64,000 nt of DNA from Escherichia coli (GTDB taxonomy: Bacteria > Pseudomonadota > Gammaproteobacteria > Enterobacterales > Enterobacteriaceae). Each line of letters begins with the position of its first letter. The first letter of the stretch is position 1. Position numbers and translations under genes: made by a program. The notes beneath the pieces are model-generated. The model ran no database searches. It had not been told where the DNA came from and was given only the letters and a program-made list of their open reading frames with translations. The stretch lies in NCBI RefSeq assembly GCF_041248615.1, contig NZ_CP158426.1. One strand, written 5' to 3'. Of the stretch, positions 20,521 through 29,552 are shown piece by piece.

Positions 20521-20599
20521 ACCAAACGACTCGGGGTGCCCTTCTGCGTGAAGGCTGAGAAATACCCGTATCACCTGATCTGGATAATGCCAGCGTAGG
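20521..20599 (+). repeat. attL: 79-bp direct repeat identical to 33186..33264, a copy of the thiM TPP-riboswitch aptamer sequence (without the 3' strand of P1) joined to the thiM promoter side
   Basis: Exact 79/79 identity: ACCAAACGACTCGGGGTGCCCTTCTGCGTGAAGGCTGAGAAATACCCGTATCACCTGATCTGGATAATGCCAGCGTAGG. The sequence is the conserved thi-box/TPP aptamer. Confidence 0.85.
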
Positions 20600-20684
20600 T
20601 TGCCAACATTCTGATTAGTATTCATGTGGTTACATTTCTTTTTGTCCGTGTGTAATGCACCTAATGTACAAAAAGAGCGTAAAC

Positions 20685-21986
20685 ATGAGGTACAAAACTC
20701 TTCCATACACGTTTCAAAGAAACGGTAATTACTATCTACAGATTCGGCTTTCGAATGGTCGGATGTATAAAAAATCACTTCTCACTGACAGCTATCGTGA
20801 AGTCTCTGCTTTGATGATTGGTGTTGCTCCGTACATTCCTTTTGTTAAATCATTAGCCATCACAATCCCGATGTTTGATGCCTTTGTTTCAAACCTGATT
20901 ATGTCAAAACTTAGGGCTGTAAAAGTTCCGCTGCTATCACATCAGTCGGTAATTACCCCTGCTACATTCGAGGAACCAGCGACACAAGCCGAACCGCAAA
21001 ACATGCTAACTCTTTCTGATGCGTGGGCTATGTATAAAGCGGAAAAGGGTAAAACATGGACAAAGTCGATCTCAAGGGCGAATGAGCGTTACATGGAAGT
21101 CTTGATGGTTGTCTTGGGAGAGACAACTGACGTAGTTGCGATTTCTAAGCAGGACATCAAGCAGGTGATGGAAGTTGTTGAGAATTTGCCTAAGCGTGTT
21201 GTCCAACCGTATCGCTCAATGAACATCCAGCAACTGATTGAATGTGATGATGTATCACCGAATGAGTTAGTAGGAGTGGAAGCCATTCATAAGCATCTCA
21301 AAATCTACAAATCGCTTTTCAAGACTTTTCTAACAGAAAACAAAGATATTTTGATTAAATCCCCAACTGATGGGGTAGTAGCAGCACCATCTAAAGCAAG
21401 GTTTGGAGCATACAGTTCGGCGGAGATGAAGAAGTTTGTAGAGTGGGCACTTAAGCAGCCAGATGGCTGGCAGAAGTGGATAACATTGTTGTTGGCATAC
21501 ACAGGAGCCAGAAGGGGAGAAATTGCCAAACTGGAAAAATCACAAATAAAATATGATGAGGATAGCCATCGGTATTATTTCCTGATTGCAGAAGGAGGGC
21601 AGGGGAAAACCGAAAATGCTACCCGACAAGTAGTGATACACCCTAAGTTGATCGAATGGGGTTTCATGGAATACGTTGATCGCCAGTGGAAAGAACGGAT
21701 TTTTTCAGAAGTGGCTGGTACAAACATGACGAAGATCGGTAAAGAATTTGCTGATGTGCGTGACCAGCTTGACATTCCGTACTTAGACGATTTTGGACAG
21801 CGGAGGCTTTTGCATAGCATTCGTCATTCTGTTTGCTCTACTGCGATGGCTGGATGGGTAAAGAACATCTTGCATCTGCAACAAACAGTAGGCCATGAGA
21901 AAAGTGGAGGGATCACTAAACGCTACTTACATACGTTCCCACTATCATCAATTTGTTATGTTATTGATGGGATTAGTTGGGTCTGA
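20685..21986 (+). CDS. int: Tyrosine integrase of the island (433 aa from 'MRYKTLPYTF'; the provided ORF starts at 20655)
   Basis: C-terminal catalytic signature 'LHSIRHSV' (H-x-x-R) and '...KRYLHT' (Tyr); directly adjacent to the attL repeat. Confidence 0.8.
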   Translation: MRYKTLPYTFQRNGNYYLQIRLSNGRMYKKSLLTDSYREVSALMIGVAPYIPFVKSLAITIPMFDAFVSNLIMSKLRAVKVPLLSHQSVITPATFEEPATQAEPQNMLTLSDAWAMYKAEKGKTWTKSISRANERYMEVLMVVLGETTDVVAISKQDIKQVMEVVENLPKRVVQPYRSMNIQQLIECDDVSPNELVGVEAIHKHLKIYKSLFKTFLTENKDILIKSPTDGVVAAPSKARFGAYSSAEMKKFVEWALKQPDGWQKWITLLLAYTGARRGEIAKLEKSQIKYDEDSHRYYFLIAEGGQGKTENATRQVVIHPKLIEWGFMEYVDRQWKERIFSEVAGTNMTKIGKEFADVRDQLDIPYLDDFGQRRLLHSIRHSVCSTAMAGWVKNILHLQQTVGHEKSGGITKRYLHTFPLSSICYVIDGISWV

Positions 21987-22129
21987 AACTGCTAAGAATG
22001 ATAGGAAAAGCTACTTAATGATCCTTAGTTTTGGATGAAATTGAAGATTACAAAGATCTTGAGCGAATAAGAGCGTTTTTTAATCAAAAAAGCCATAAAA
22101 ACTTTTCTTGACTGTATATTAACACAGTG

Positions 22130-22146
22130 CTTCTACTATGTAGAAG
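22130..22146. promoter_or_regulatory. Perfect palindrome CTTCTACtatGTAGAAG overlapping a TTGACT (-35-like) element upstream of the nuclease/helicase operon; candidate operator
   Basis: Seen directly. The hexamer TTGACT is at 22110-22115. Confidence 0.3.
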
Positions 22147-22203
22147 AAATCGACATGAAAAATTTGATATGGTAAATTTTATCCATGATAACAAAAAGGT
22201 ATT

Positions 22204-23106
22204 GTGGATATGTTACTACCAATACGAGTTCATAAACGATTTCTAACTTTATTTAAGACTTTGCAAATTGACGATTGCCCACCGCAATCAACTTTAAATA
22301 TTCATGTACTTAATATCGAAAGCAATGAATTTATATACTGTAAATTAGTTGAAGAATTACGTGACATAATAATTACTTATGTACATTCGAATAGAAGGCT
22401 TGAGGAGTTTAAGGAAAGTTATCCTTCGTATAGCCCTAAACCTTTTTTCGAAGCAATACAAAAATTTCGCAATTATACGTCAAACGAAGGTGAGTTAGGT
22501 GAACTGCTTTTATACGCTTTTCTTGAAACAGGACTAAATGCTCCGAAATTACTTTCCAAAATGCAATTGAAAACAGATTCTAATGATTACATTAAGGGTT
22601 CTGATGGTGTACATCTGTTAGAATTAGATGATGGTTATCAATTAATATTTGGAGAATCAAAGCTCTATGCCGATCTTTTAGAAGGTGCTCGAGAAGCGTT
22701 TGATTCTATTTTAGATTTTAAAAGTAATGGAATGGCATTTGAAAGAGGGCTGATAGATACACACGTTATAAATGAAATGGTTTCAGAAGAAGGTTATGAG
22801 AAAATAAAATCAATTCTTCTTCCTTCTTCTGGCGATGATGGGCCAGATCTTGATTTATCCTTTGGTATATTTCTTGGTTTTGAATTGAAAATAGATAGCT
22901 CACAGTTATCATTGAAAAACAAAGAGTTTAGAGATTGGGTTAATGAGTCCGTGAAACAACATGCTACTCGCGTGGTCAGTACGATACGAAGGAAAATTAT
23001 TAATCATAAATTATATGGTCACGAATTCCACATATATATAGTTCCTTTTACCGATATTGATGTTACACGAAAAAAATTAATTCATGAAATGCTAACAATT
23101 AAGTGA
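22204..23106 (+). CDS. PD-(D/E)xK nuclease-like protein, candidate HamA (DUF1837-like) of a Hachiman-type defence system
   Basis: Motif 'HLLELDDGYQLIFGESKLY' (D...E-x-K). Its stop overlaps the start of the downstream helicase gene (ATGA-type coupling). AT-rich island cargo. Confidence 0.5.
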   Translation: MDMLLPIRVHKRFLTLFKTLQIDDCPPQSTLNIHVLNIESNEFIYCKLVEELRDIIITYVHSNRRLEEFKESYPSYSPKPFFEAIQKFRNYTSNEGELGELLLYAFLETGLNAPKLLSKMQLKTDSNDYIKGSDGVHLLELDDGYQLIFGESKLYADLLEGAREAFDSILDFKSNGMAFERGLIDTHVINEMVSEEGYEKIKSILLPSSGDDGPDLDLSFGIFLGFELKIDSSQLSLKNKEFRDWVNESVKQHATRVVSTIRRKIINHKLYGHEFHIYIVPFTDIDVTRKKLIHEMLTIK

Positions 23107-25691
23107 ACACTATGAATGAATTAAATTCAAGTAAAAACATTCATTTGGCAGCTCGTCTTGCAGATGATGCTTTTGAAAGTGCTTATTTTAAAGAAATCAA
23201 TAAGTTTATAAGTGGTTTATACAATTACAGTTTATTTAACTGCGATTCAGATGTTAGTCTCTCCGAGAGTGATAACAATAAAATAGCACACGCTTTGCGT
23301 TTTGCAGATATATTTTCACATTCTTCAAAAGAAAATCATAGATCATGTGCATTTGAAATTATAAGTAGAATAGCCTTATTAAAAAAACATGATCCTTATT
23401 TTAAATTTATAGGTACTGCTGTTATTAATCGGCTTGGGGTTTATGCAGCAGAAAAACTCATATCAAAAGGGGTAAAATTACCCTTAGATAGAGAAGTTGA
23501 TTCTATTATTAAAAAATCAGTTCAGAAAACAGATGAAGATGGAGTATATTTCACTGATAAACAACATGAGTTATACAAACTTTTAAAAAGTAGCAAAACA
23601 ATTAGTTTTGCTGGTCCCACTTCGATGGGAAAGTCATTTGTTATTAATGCATACATTAAGGAAATAACTCTTAAAAAAGAGCTTAAAAATATAGCTTTAA
23701 TTGTTCCTACACGGGCTTTAATAAGCCAAAATGCACTTAAGTTAAAAATTGATATTGCATTGTATAAGAATGAAAGCCCTTATAAAGTTGTTACGACATC
23801 CTACATTATTAATGGTGATGAAAGTAAAAATAAAGGCTATATTTTTATTCTCACCCCAGAAAGGCTGGTTAGTCTCATAAGCACTATTCCTGGACTAATG
23901 ATTGATTATGTTTTTGTAGATGAAGCTCAAAAGTTAACAACAAAAAATGATTCGAGGAGTCTTGTTACTTATTCAGCTATAGAGCAAACAATTAGTAAAA
24001 ATCCTGAGGCAAGATTATTCTTCTCTTCACCTAATTTATCTAATCCTGAAATATTTAATATTTTGTTTGATAGAAAAGACGCTTCGGTATATAGAAATAC
24101 AGAAGGTGCAACTACTCAGAATATGTATTTTATTGATCTTTTAAATAGCAGCTTTAGCTATGTTAATACCGAGAAAAGGACGCTTGAAAAAATAGATGAG
24201 ATCTCTAATACTTACACGAATACAAATGATGTTATCTATAAATTAAATAATGGTAAAAGTAAAATAATTTATTGTGGGGGGATAGAAAGCACGCTTGAGA
24301 GAACACGTAGCTTTATCAATTATCTCAAAATTAATAAGAAAAAAAGAAAGCATTTAAATTTAGAAATATCTTCTGAGATAAGAAACTTTGTTCATGATAA
24401 CTATGAACTTGCAGAAGCCATCAACTATGGTGTTGCTTTCCACTTTGGAAACTTGCCTCAATCGATTCGAGATTTAATTGAGCATCATTTCAAAATAGGA
24501 AATATTGACTATCTATTCTGTACATCAACCCTACTTGAGGGAGTCAATTTACCTGCAAGATCCGTATTTATTCTTACGCATAAAAAAGGCCCCAGTCCAT
24601 TAGAGTCGGTTGATTTTTGGAATCTGGCTGGGAGAGCTGGGCGATTATCTATGGAATTGTCAGGGGATATTTTTTGTATTAGGGATGATAATAAGCTTTG
24701 GAATAAAAAAGCTGTTGATAATATCCTTCTGTCTGACAAAAATAACATTTCATTAAAGCCAAGCTTCTATATTGAAGACGAAAAAAGATTGAACGATTTA
24801 CACCATATAATTACGACTGGTAAAACAGGGAATATTAAAAATGCTGAGTTCCTTAGAACTTTAGGAGATATGATAAGAATAGACACTCTGAGGGATTCTA
24901 AAGAACTTCCTCTTATTAGTTATTTCCAAAGCAGTGGAAAATCAGAAATTTTGTTAAGTGCAGAAAAAAGCACTGAAAATATTACCATGCCAATGAATAT
25001 CCTTTTGGCAAATAGTCATATTGCGATTGATTCGCAGTATCATGCTTTTAAAAAAATAAAAAGCCTTACAGTTAAGGAACTGAAATTATCATGGCAGCCT
25101 ACATACGAAGAAATTAAAGAAAAATTGAATTTGATATTCGATATTTACCAAGTTGAAAAGTTTGCAACAGGTAGAGAACGTCTTTATTTAAATTCAATTC
25201 CATATTATGCAGTATTACTGTTTCAATGGATTCGTGGAAATAGTCTACAGGAAATTATCTCGGGGGCAATTGCTTATAGAAAGAACAAAAGTATATATAT
25301 TAAAAATACACCTGTTCTTTTTGACAGCGAAAACCCAGCTCATTTAACTGCATTAGTTAATGAAACTATAAAAGACATTGAGTTGCGTGTAGGTTACCAG
25401 TTACAAAATTATTTTTCACATTACTGTCAGCTTCTGAATTATGTGTTACAAGGAAATCCAGGGGCAAACTGGTCTCAGTTCATTGAGTTTGGCTCTAATG
25501 AGCCAATAGTATGGCACCTACAAATGATGGGCTTTTCAAGGGATAGTGCAGTTTTTCTCAAGAAGAATTTTTCAAAACATCTTAAACTTGATAATGAAAT
25601 GAATAAACTCATCATAATGGATAAGGAACTGATCAAGCGTTCTTTCAAAAAAGATGGACTACATTACTTAGAAATCCAATCGTTATTATAA
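23103..25691 (+). CDS. SF2 helicase (862 aa), candidate HamB of a Hachiman-type defence system
   Basis: Walker A 'AGPTSMGKSF', motif II 'VFVDEAQKL', motif III-like 'FSSPN', 'TSTLLEGVNLPA' and motif VI 'LAGRAGR'. Translationally coupled to the upstream nuclease-like gene. Confidence 0.55.
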   Translation: MNTMNELNSSKNIHLAARLADDAFESAYFKEINKFISGLYNYSLFNCDSDVSLSESDNNKIAHALRFADIFSHSSKENHRSCAFEIISRIALLKKHDPYFKFIGTAVINRLGVYAAEKLISKGVKLPLDREVDSIIKKSVQKTDEDGVYFTDKQHELYKLLKSSKTISFAGPTSMGKSFVINAYIKEITLKKELKNIALIVPTRALISQNALKLKIDIALYKNESPYKVVTTSYIINGDESKNKGYIFILTPERLVSLISTIPGLMIDYVFVDEAQKLTTKNDSRSLVTYSAIEQTISKNPEARLFFSSPNLSNPEIFNILFDRKDASVYRNTEGATTQNMYFIDLLNSSFSYVNTEKRTLEKIDEISNTYTNTNDVIYKLNNGKSKIIYCGGIESTLERTRSFINYLKINKKKRKHLNLEISSEIRNFVHDNYELAEAINYGVAFHFGNLPQSIRDLIEHHFKIGNIDYLFCTSTLLEGVNLPARSVFILTHKKGPSPLESVDFWNLAGRAGRLSMELSGDIFCIRDDNKLWNKKAVDNILLSDKNNISLKPSFYIEDEKRLNDLHHIITTGKTGNIKNAEFLRTLGDMIRIDTLRDSKELPLISYFQSSGKSEILLSAEKSTENITMPMNILLANSHIAIDSQYHAFKKIKSLTVKELKLSWQPTYEEIKEKLNLIFDIYQVEKFATGRERLYLNSIPYYAVLLFQWIRGNSLQEIISGAIAYRKNKSIYIKNTPVLFDSENPAHLTALVNETIKDIELRVGYQLQNYFSHYCQLLNYVLQGNPGANWSQFIEFGSNEPIVWHLQMMGFSRDSAVFLKKNFSKHLKLDNEMNKLIIMDKELIKRSFKKDGLHYLEIQSLL

Positions 25692-25771
25692 AACTGCCGA
25701 ATCAGAGTCTTTTATTGATTCTGATTCGCACTTATATAGTTAAATCAAAAGGAGCATTAAAATTTTTCAGT

Positions 25772-25795
25772 AGCGATTTAGTATGCTAAATCGCT
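25772..25795. other. 10-bp perfect inverted repeat AGCGATTTAGtatgCTAAATCGCT between the helicase gene and the resolvase gene (hairpin; possible terminator or site)
   Basis: Seen directly. Confidence 0.35.
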
Positions 25796-25999
25796 GCATA
25801 ACGAATCTGCTTCTAAATCTTGATTAAGTGTTTCGAACTGCCTTGATTGTTTATTGCTACACTTTATAATTAATCGCAACACACAAAACAATACAATGTA
25901 GGCAGTTGCACAGAATTAATTACAGGCACATTATGGATATCGAGAGGATTCGAACAGTTTTAAACTGCAAGCCCTTTGACTTTATCCCCTCCTACTATA

Positions 26000-26575
26000 T
26001 CAGCGTTTGATGCCGCTAATACTGGCAAGCATTTCTTTCTTCACACGAAAAACTGTAGCCCTGCCGCAATCACATAACTTTGCTATCTCGTCTGGTGTAT
26101 TCTTCCCGGCCTGTAACATATCGATAATCTTGTTATGTAGCTCTTTGTTCTTTTGCTTGCCCTTGTACTTCTTAGCCTCTTTAGCAAGAGCAATCCCCTC
26201 ATTGCGACGAGATGCGATCATACCCCGCTCAAATTCTGCAGCGGCTCCCATCATGGTTAGGATAAGGCGTGATTGTGGGGAATTATCAAAACTCATAGAG
26301 TTTGCAAGGAATTGAACAGTGATTCCACGAGCCACGAGGTTATCAATCATTTCCAGCAAATCGCGGGTATTACGTGCAAGGCGATCAATCGAGTGAGTAA
26401 CGAGCGTGTCACCTTCGCGGAGGTGTGAAAGCAGGTTCAACAATTCAGGTCTTTCGCTGGTGGACTTACCTGATTCTTTCTCTGCCACAATTTTGTCACA
26501 AACAGGTTCCAGCACTGCCAACTGACGCTCAAGATTTTGATCCTTTGTTGAGACTCTCGCGTAACCAAAAATCAT
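26000..26575 (-). CDS. Serine recombinase (resolvase/invertase family, 191 aa)
   Basis: N-terminus 'MIFGYARVSTKDQNLERQ' carries the catalytic Ser motif of resolvase/Hin-family enzymes; C-terminal helix-turn-helix region. Confidence 0.9.
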   Translation of the reverse strand: MIFGYARVSTKDQNLERQLAVLEPVCDKIVAEKESGKSTSERPELLNLLSHLREGDTLVTHSIDRLARNTRDLLEMIDNLVARGITVQFLANSMSFDNSPQSRLILTMMGAAAEFERGMIASRRNEGIALAKEAKKYKGKQKNKELHNKIIDMLQAGKNTPDEIAKLCDCGRATVFRVKKEMLASISGIKR

Positions 26576-26599
26576 TTTCCTGCCCTCACTTACGTGAAA

Positions 26600-26663
26600 A
26601 GTATCATTTGAATTTACTTAATGATACAGTATCATTTAAATGCATTCAACATCTAAATGATAC
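26600..26663. promoter_or_regulatory. res-like recombination site array upstream of the resolvase gene: GTATCAtttgaatttacttaaTGATAC and AGTATCATTTAAATG...CATCTAAATGATACT inverted repeats
   Basis: Repeated TGATAC/GTATCA half-sites seen directly; typical location 5' of the resolvase gene. Confidence 0.45.
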
Positions 26664-27125
26664 TAAACGAGACGAGAAAAGCGAGTATCGTTAGGGAGTA
26701 CCCAAAAGAGATTTTTGATCGTGCGTTTTTTAGTCAATGTAGGGTTAGTGAAAAGTTCAGTACCGAGATCTGAGTTCACGGCATTTTGTCGACGGGGTTG
26801 AACCTGATTAGGCGAACGAGATTTTAAATCAGGCGGAATAAAACAAGTTGTACTTTTATCTGAGTAAAAGATCCCTTTAACTTTTTAGTCAGAAATCGTG
26901 ATACTAGGGGTTTGGTTATTTTGTGTCCTTAAGGCCAGTACTTTTAGCGAGGACGAAAAAACGGCCTACATGAGAACGCTTACAGTAACTTAAGTATATT
27001 ATCCAAAAAGTCACTTAACTTAAATCAATTTGGATGCAAAATCGCCACACTTTGCAAGTGAACACATACCGGGCAACAAGCAAATAAAAAAGGCCACTTT
27101 CGCGACCTTGTACCAGTACAAACAC

Positions 27126-27485
27126 TCATTCAGAACGATCAAGTACCATATATGCTGGCTGACACATGCTGCCCCGCTCCTGTAGCCAGTAGTAATCAAG
27201 ATCGGCAACACGCACGTCCAATCCAGAATCTACACGGTTGATCTGTAACCGTAGCCCTACAGTATCCTTGTACGATAAACCAGATTTAACATTGTATTTG
27301 TACTTAACACCGTTTTCCTGTTCAAACTGTTTAAGGAAAGGCGTCATTTGTTTCTGAATTTCTTTCAAACAAATAACCTCATTATCAATAGCAAAGGGGG
27401 GTTCTGTTTTTCCATCAGGTACAGCAGCCTGTAAATGAAAGGAAGTACTCAACAATAACAGCATTGCAACAGAAGTCTTTTTCAT
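27126..27485 (-). CDS. Small secreted protein (119 aa, signal peptide 'MKKTSVAMLLLLSTSFHLQA'), unknown function
   Basis: Signal peptide followed by a two-Cys mature domain; 43 nt downstream of the membrane protein gene on the same strand. Confidence 0.6.
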   Translation of the reverse strand: MKKTSVAMLLLLSTSFHLQAAVPDGKTEPPFAIDNEVICLKEIQKQMTPFLKQFEQENGVKYKYNVKSGLSYKDTVGLRLQINRVDSGLDVRVADLDYYWLQERGSMCQPAYMVLDRSE

Positions 27486-27528
27486 TTTAATTCCTTATTA
27501 AAGAACAGTACATTATATTTCAATGGAC

Positions 27529-28569
27529 TTAATAACAATATTTTATATTTCCTTCGGGTTTTCTCATGCATTTAATTCCTTCAGGAATATAATCAGTTAC
27601 GGGAGCAGGTCTGGCATCAGGTCTTGAAAGACGATTGGATATAGAAGACAACAGACTGAAAACACACTCATTAAATGATTTTTGATATTTATTTTTTTCA
27701 TAAAAGTACTGCATGGTGATTTTATCTCTTTCGTATTGCAATTCTTTGCCAAGCTGAATCCTATCCATATCAATTCCATTTCTCATAGCATTAAATCTTT
27801 CGTTCAATAAATTAAATTGAGATTTATTCCATTCATTTAAAGGAAATAAAGAATTGTTAAGCCTTTGCCTACAATTAGATTGCTCGATAGCTGACATGTA
27901 TTCTTTCATACTAACGCCAATATCTAAGTATGTGAGTTGTCCAGCAGTTCTATCAACTGAGTTATTAGGGTAAGATTTAATTTCAGTAAGTATTGACTCT
28001 GTTAATACTGCATTTTCTTCTAAATCTTTGCTAATAGTTATTTGAGCTTGTTCTCTTTTATCCTTATCAAATATTGAAATGTATTTCTTTACTATATCCT
28101 GATTAGCTTTCTCGGCTGCTACTAACGCATCTTGAACCTTCTTTTCCGCCGCTTTAACTCGTTGTTCTTCTACAAATTTCGCGTAGTCATCAGTATTTGT
28201 AATGTGATTTTCACGAGCGATAGAAAACTCTTTACTATCTTTAAAACCAAGTTTTTGTGCTCTGGCTCCATCGCTTGAAGATCGGGCAGAACTTGCCACG
28301 AAAGCGAGCACAATGATCAGTACAGGAACCGTATAATTATTAACGAGTTTATAGGGTAAGAACTTCGCTTTAAGCGTACCATAACCCAAAACAGCCCAGC
28401 CTATCGCGGCAGTACTTGCCAGTAGCTGGCACAATCCAGCGACGGAAAGCATGATTACCGACCAGAAGCCTGTACCGACTGCGAAAAGATCACCAAATTT
28501 CTCCATTGACGCAAGGAATAAAAACACTCCCCAAATGCCATAAAATCCTATTTTCAAATATTTACTCAC
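27529..28569 (-). CDS. Membrane protein (346 aa): three N-terminal transmembrane helices plus a long charged/coiled-coil domain, unknown function
   Basis: Hydrophobic stretches at residues ~7-28, 37-62 and 74-95, followed by a Lys/Glu/Gln-rich region; AT-rich codon usage. Confidence 0.6.
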   Translation of the reverse strand: MSKYLKIGFYGIWGVFLFLASMEKFGDLFAVGTGFWSVIMLSVAGLCQLLASTAAIGWAVLGYGTLKAKFLPYKLVNNYTVPVLIIVLAFVASSARSSSDGARAQKLGFKDSKEFSIARENHITNTDDYAKFVEEQRVKAAEKKVQDALVAAEKANQDIVKKYISIFDKDKREQAQITISKDLEENAVLTESILTEIKSYPNNSVDRTAGQLTYLDIGVSMKEYMSAIEQSNCRQRLNNSLFPLNEWNKSQFNLLNERFNAMRNGIDMDRIQLGKELQYERDKITMQYFYEKNKYQKSFNECVFSLLSSISNRLSRPDARPAPVTDYIPEGIKCMRKPEGNIKYCY

Positions 28570-29552
28570 CGCAATTATCCTTTAATAATTTTCCAAATCG
28601 ATGGTTCGTTCTATTTGTATTATCGACAATAATTCGTTTGCCTTTAGGTAGATCCCTTAAAAAGGAATCCCCCCAAAATTTATAGATTAGCAGTTGTACC
28701 ACTCTCACTGTTTTGTCACTCCCATTATCTTCTCTCAGGTCAAAAGTACGGACTTAAAGCCGTCCGTGTTCAGGTGCTCAAGAGTAGCACGCATATCAAT
28801 AAATGATCGATAAAAACGATCAATTAATGGCTTATTGATCGCTATAACCTATCAATGACTATTAATTCAATACAAATCAATAGGTAAAATCGATCAAGAG
28901 GATTCGTCATCCATGAAAGGGGTTATGTATCTGATTTCAATACAGGGAGTATTAGCGATACCATCACGCAAACGCTCTTAAAGCGTAGCTACGGCGTTTT
29001 GTAGGGTTTTTGGTCATTCATGTGTGTCAGTAATGAACATCGCATTCAGGGGCTTCCTGTGCGTTTTGTCCGAAACACCATCATGAAGGGGGACAGATCG
29101 GATCGGGGTCGCTTCGCTCTGGTCAGTACTGGATAGTTCTTTTCCAGTAACTGAAACCGCAGATACCCCACTAAGTACACAAAGGAATTATTTGTAGAAT
29201 AAGTAATGAAATAACAGTCAGTTATGTACTTACTGACAGAACTAAAAACGCGATTAGGTTCGCTCTGTCAGTGACCGAAGGGAACGCAACAGTAGAATCT
29301 AATCCAGCGAACAGTACACGCAAGCGGGTGCTGTTTAATTGTTTTATCTATGTAAACAATGGGATAGCTATCAAGTACTCACTGCGTGAGCACTCTCACT
29401 AACTACCCGAAACAGTTCGCTTGCTTCGCCGCTCCTACTTTCAGGTAGTTAATTCGCTTTCGCTCGTTGTGATGTCCGAAATTTATTACCTATAGTATTA
29501 TAAGGTATTATTTTCCGGACATTTATGTATTTTTATGATGGTGTTCTGGACA
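28570..29552. other. ~1-kb non-coding region with a GATC/ATCAAT-rich AT-rich cluster (28795-28900) and at least six TTCGCT iteron-like repeats in both orientations (29107-29471); candidate origin or regulatory region
   Basis: No ORF of 60 aa or more. Repeats 'ggtCGCTTCGCTCtggtcag', 'ggTTCGCTCtgtcagtg', 'cagTTCGCTtgcTTCGCcgc', 'aaTTCGCTTTCGCTCg' and 'cAGCGAAcagtac'. Four GATC sites lie within 100 bp. Confidence 0.4.

Noticed and set aside
25930-25995. GGATTCGAAC-containing stretch next to the resolvase gene that looked like a tRNA T-arm/3' end (possible tRNA-fragment att site)
   Set aside because: I could not fold an acceptor stem or anticodon arm by eye. The island ends are already explained by the 79-bp thiM-riboswitch repeats.
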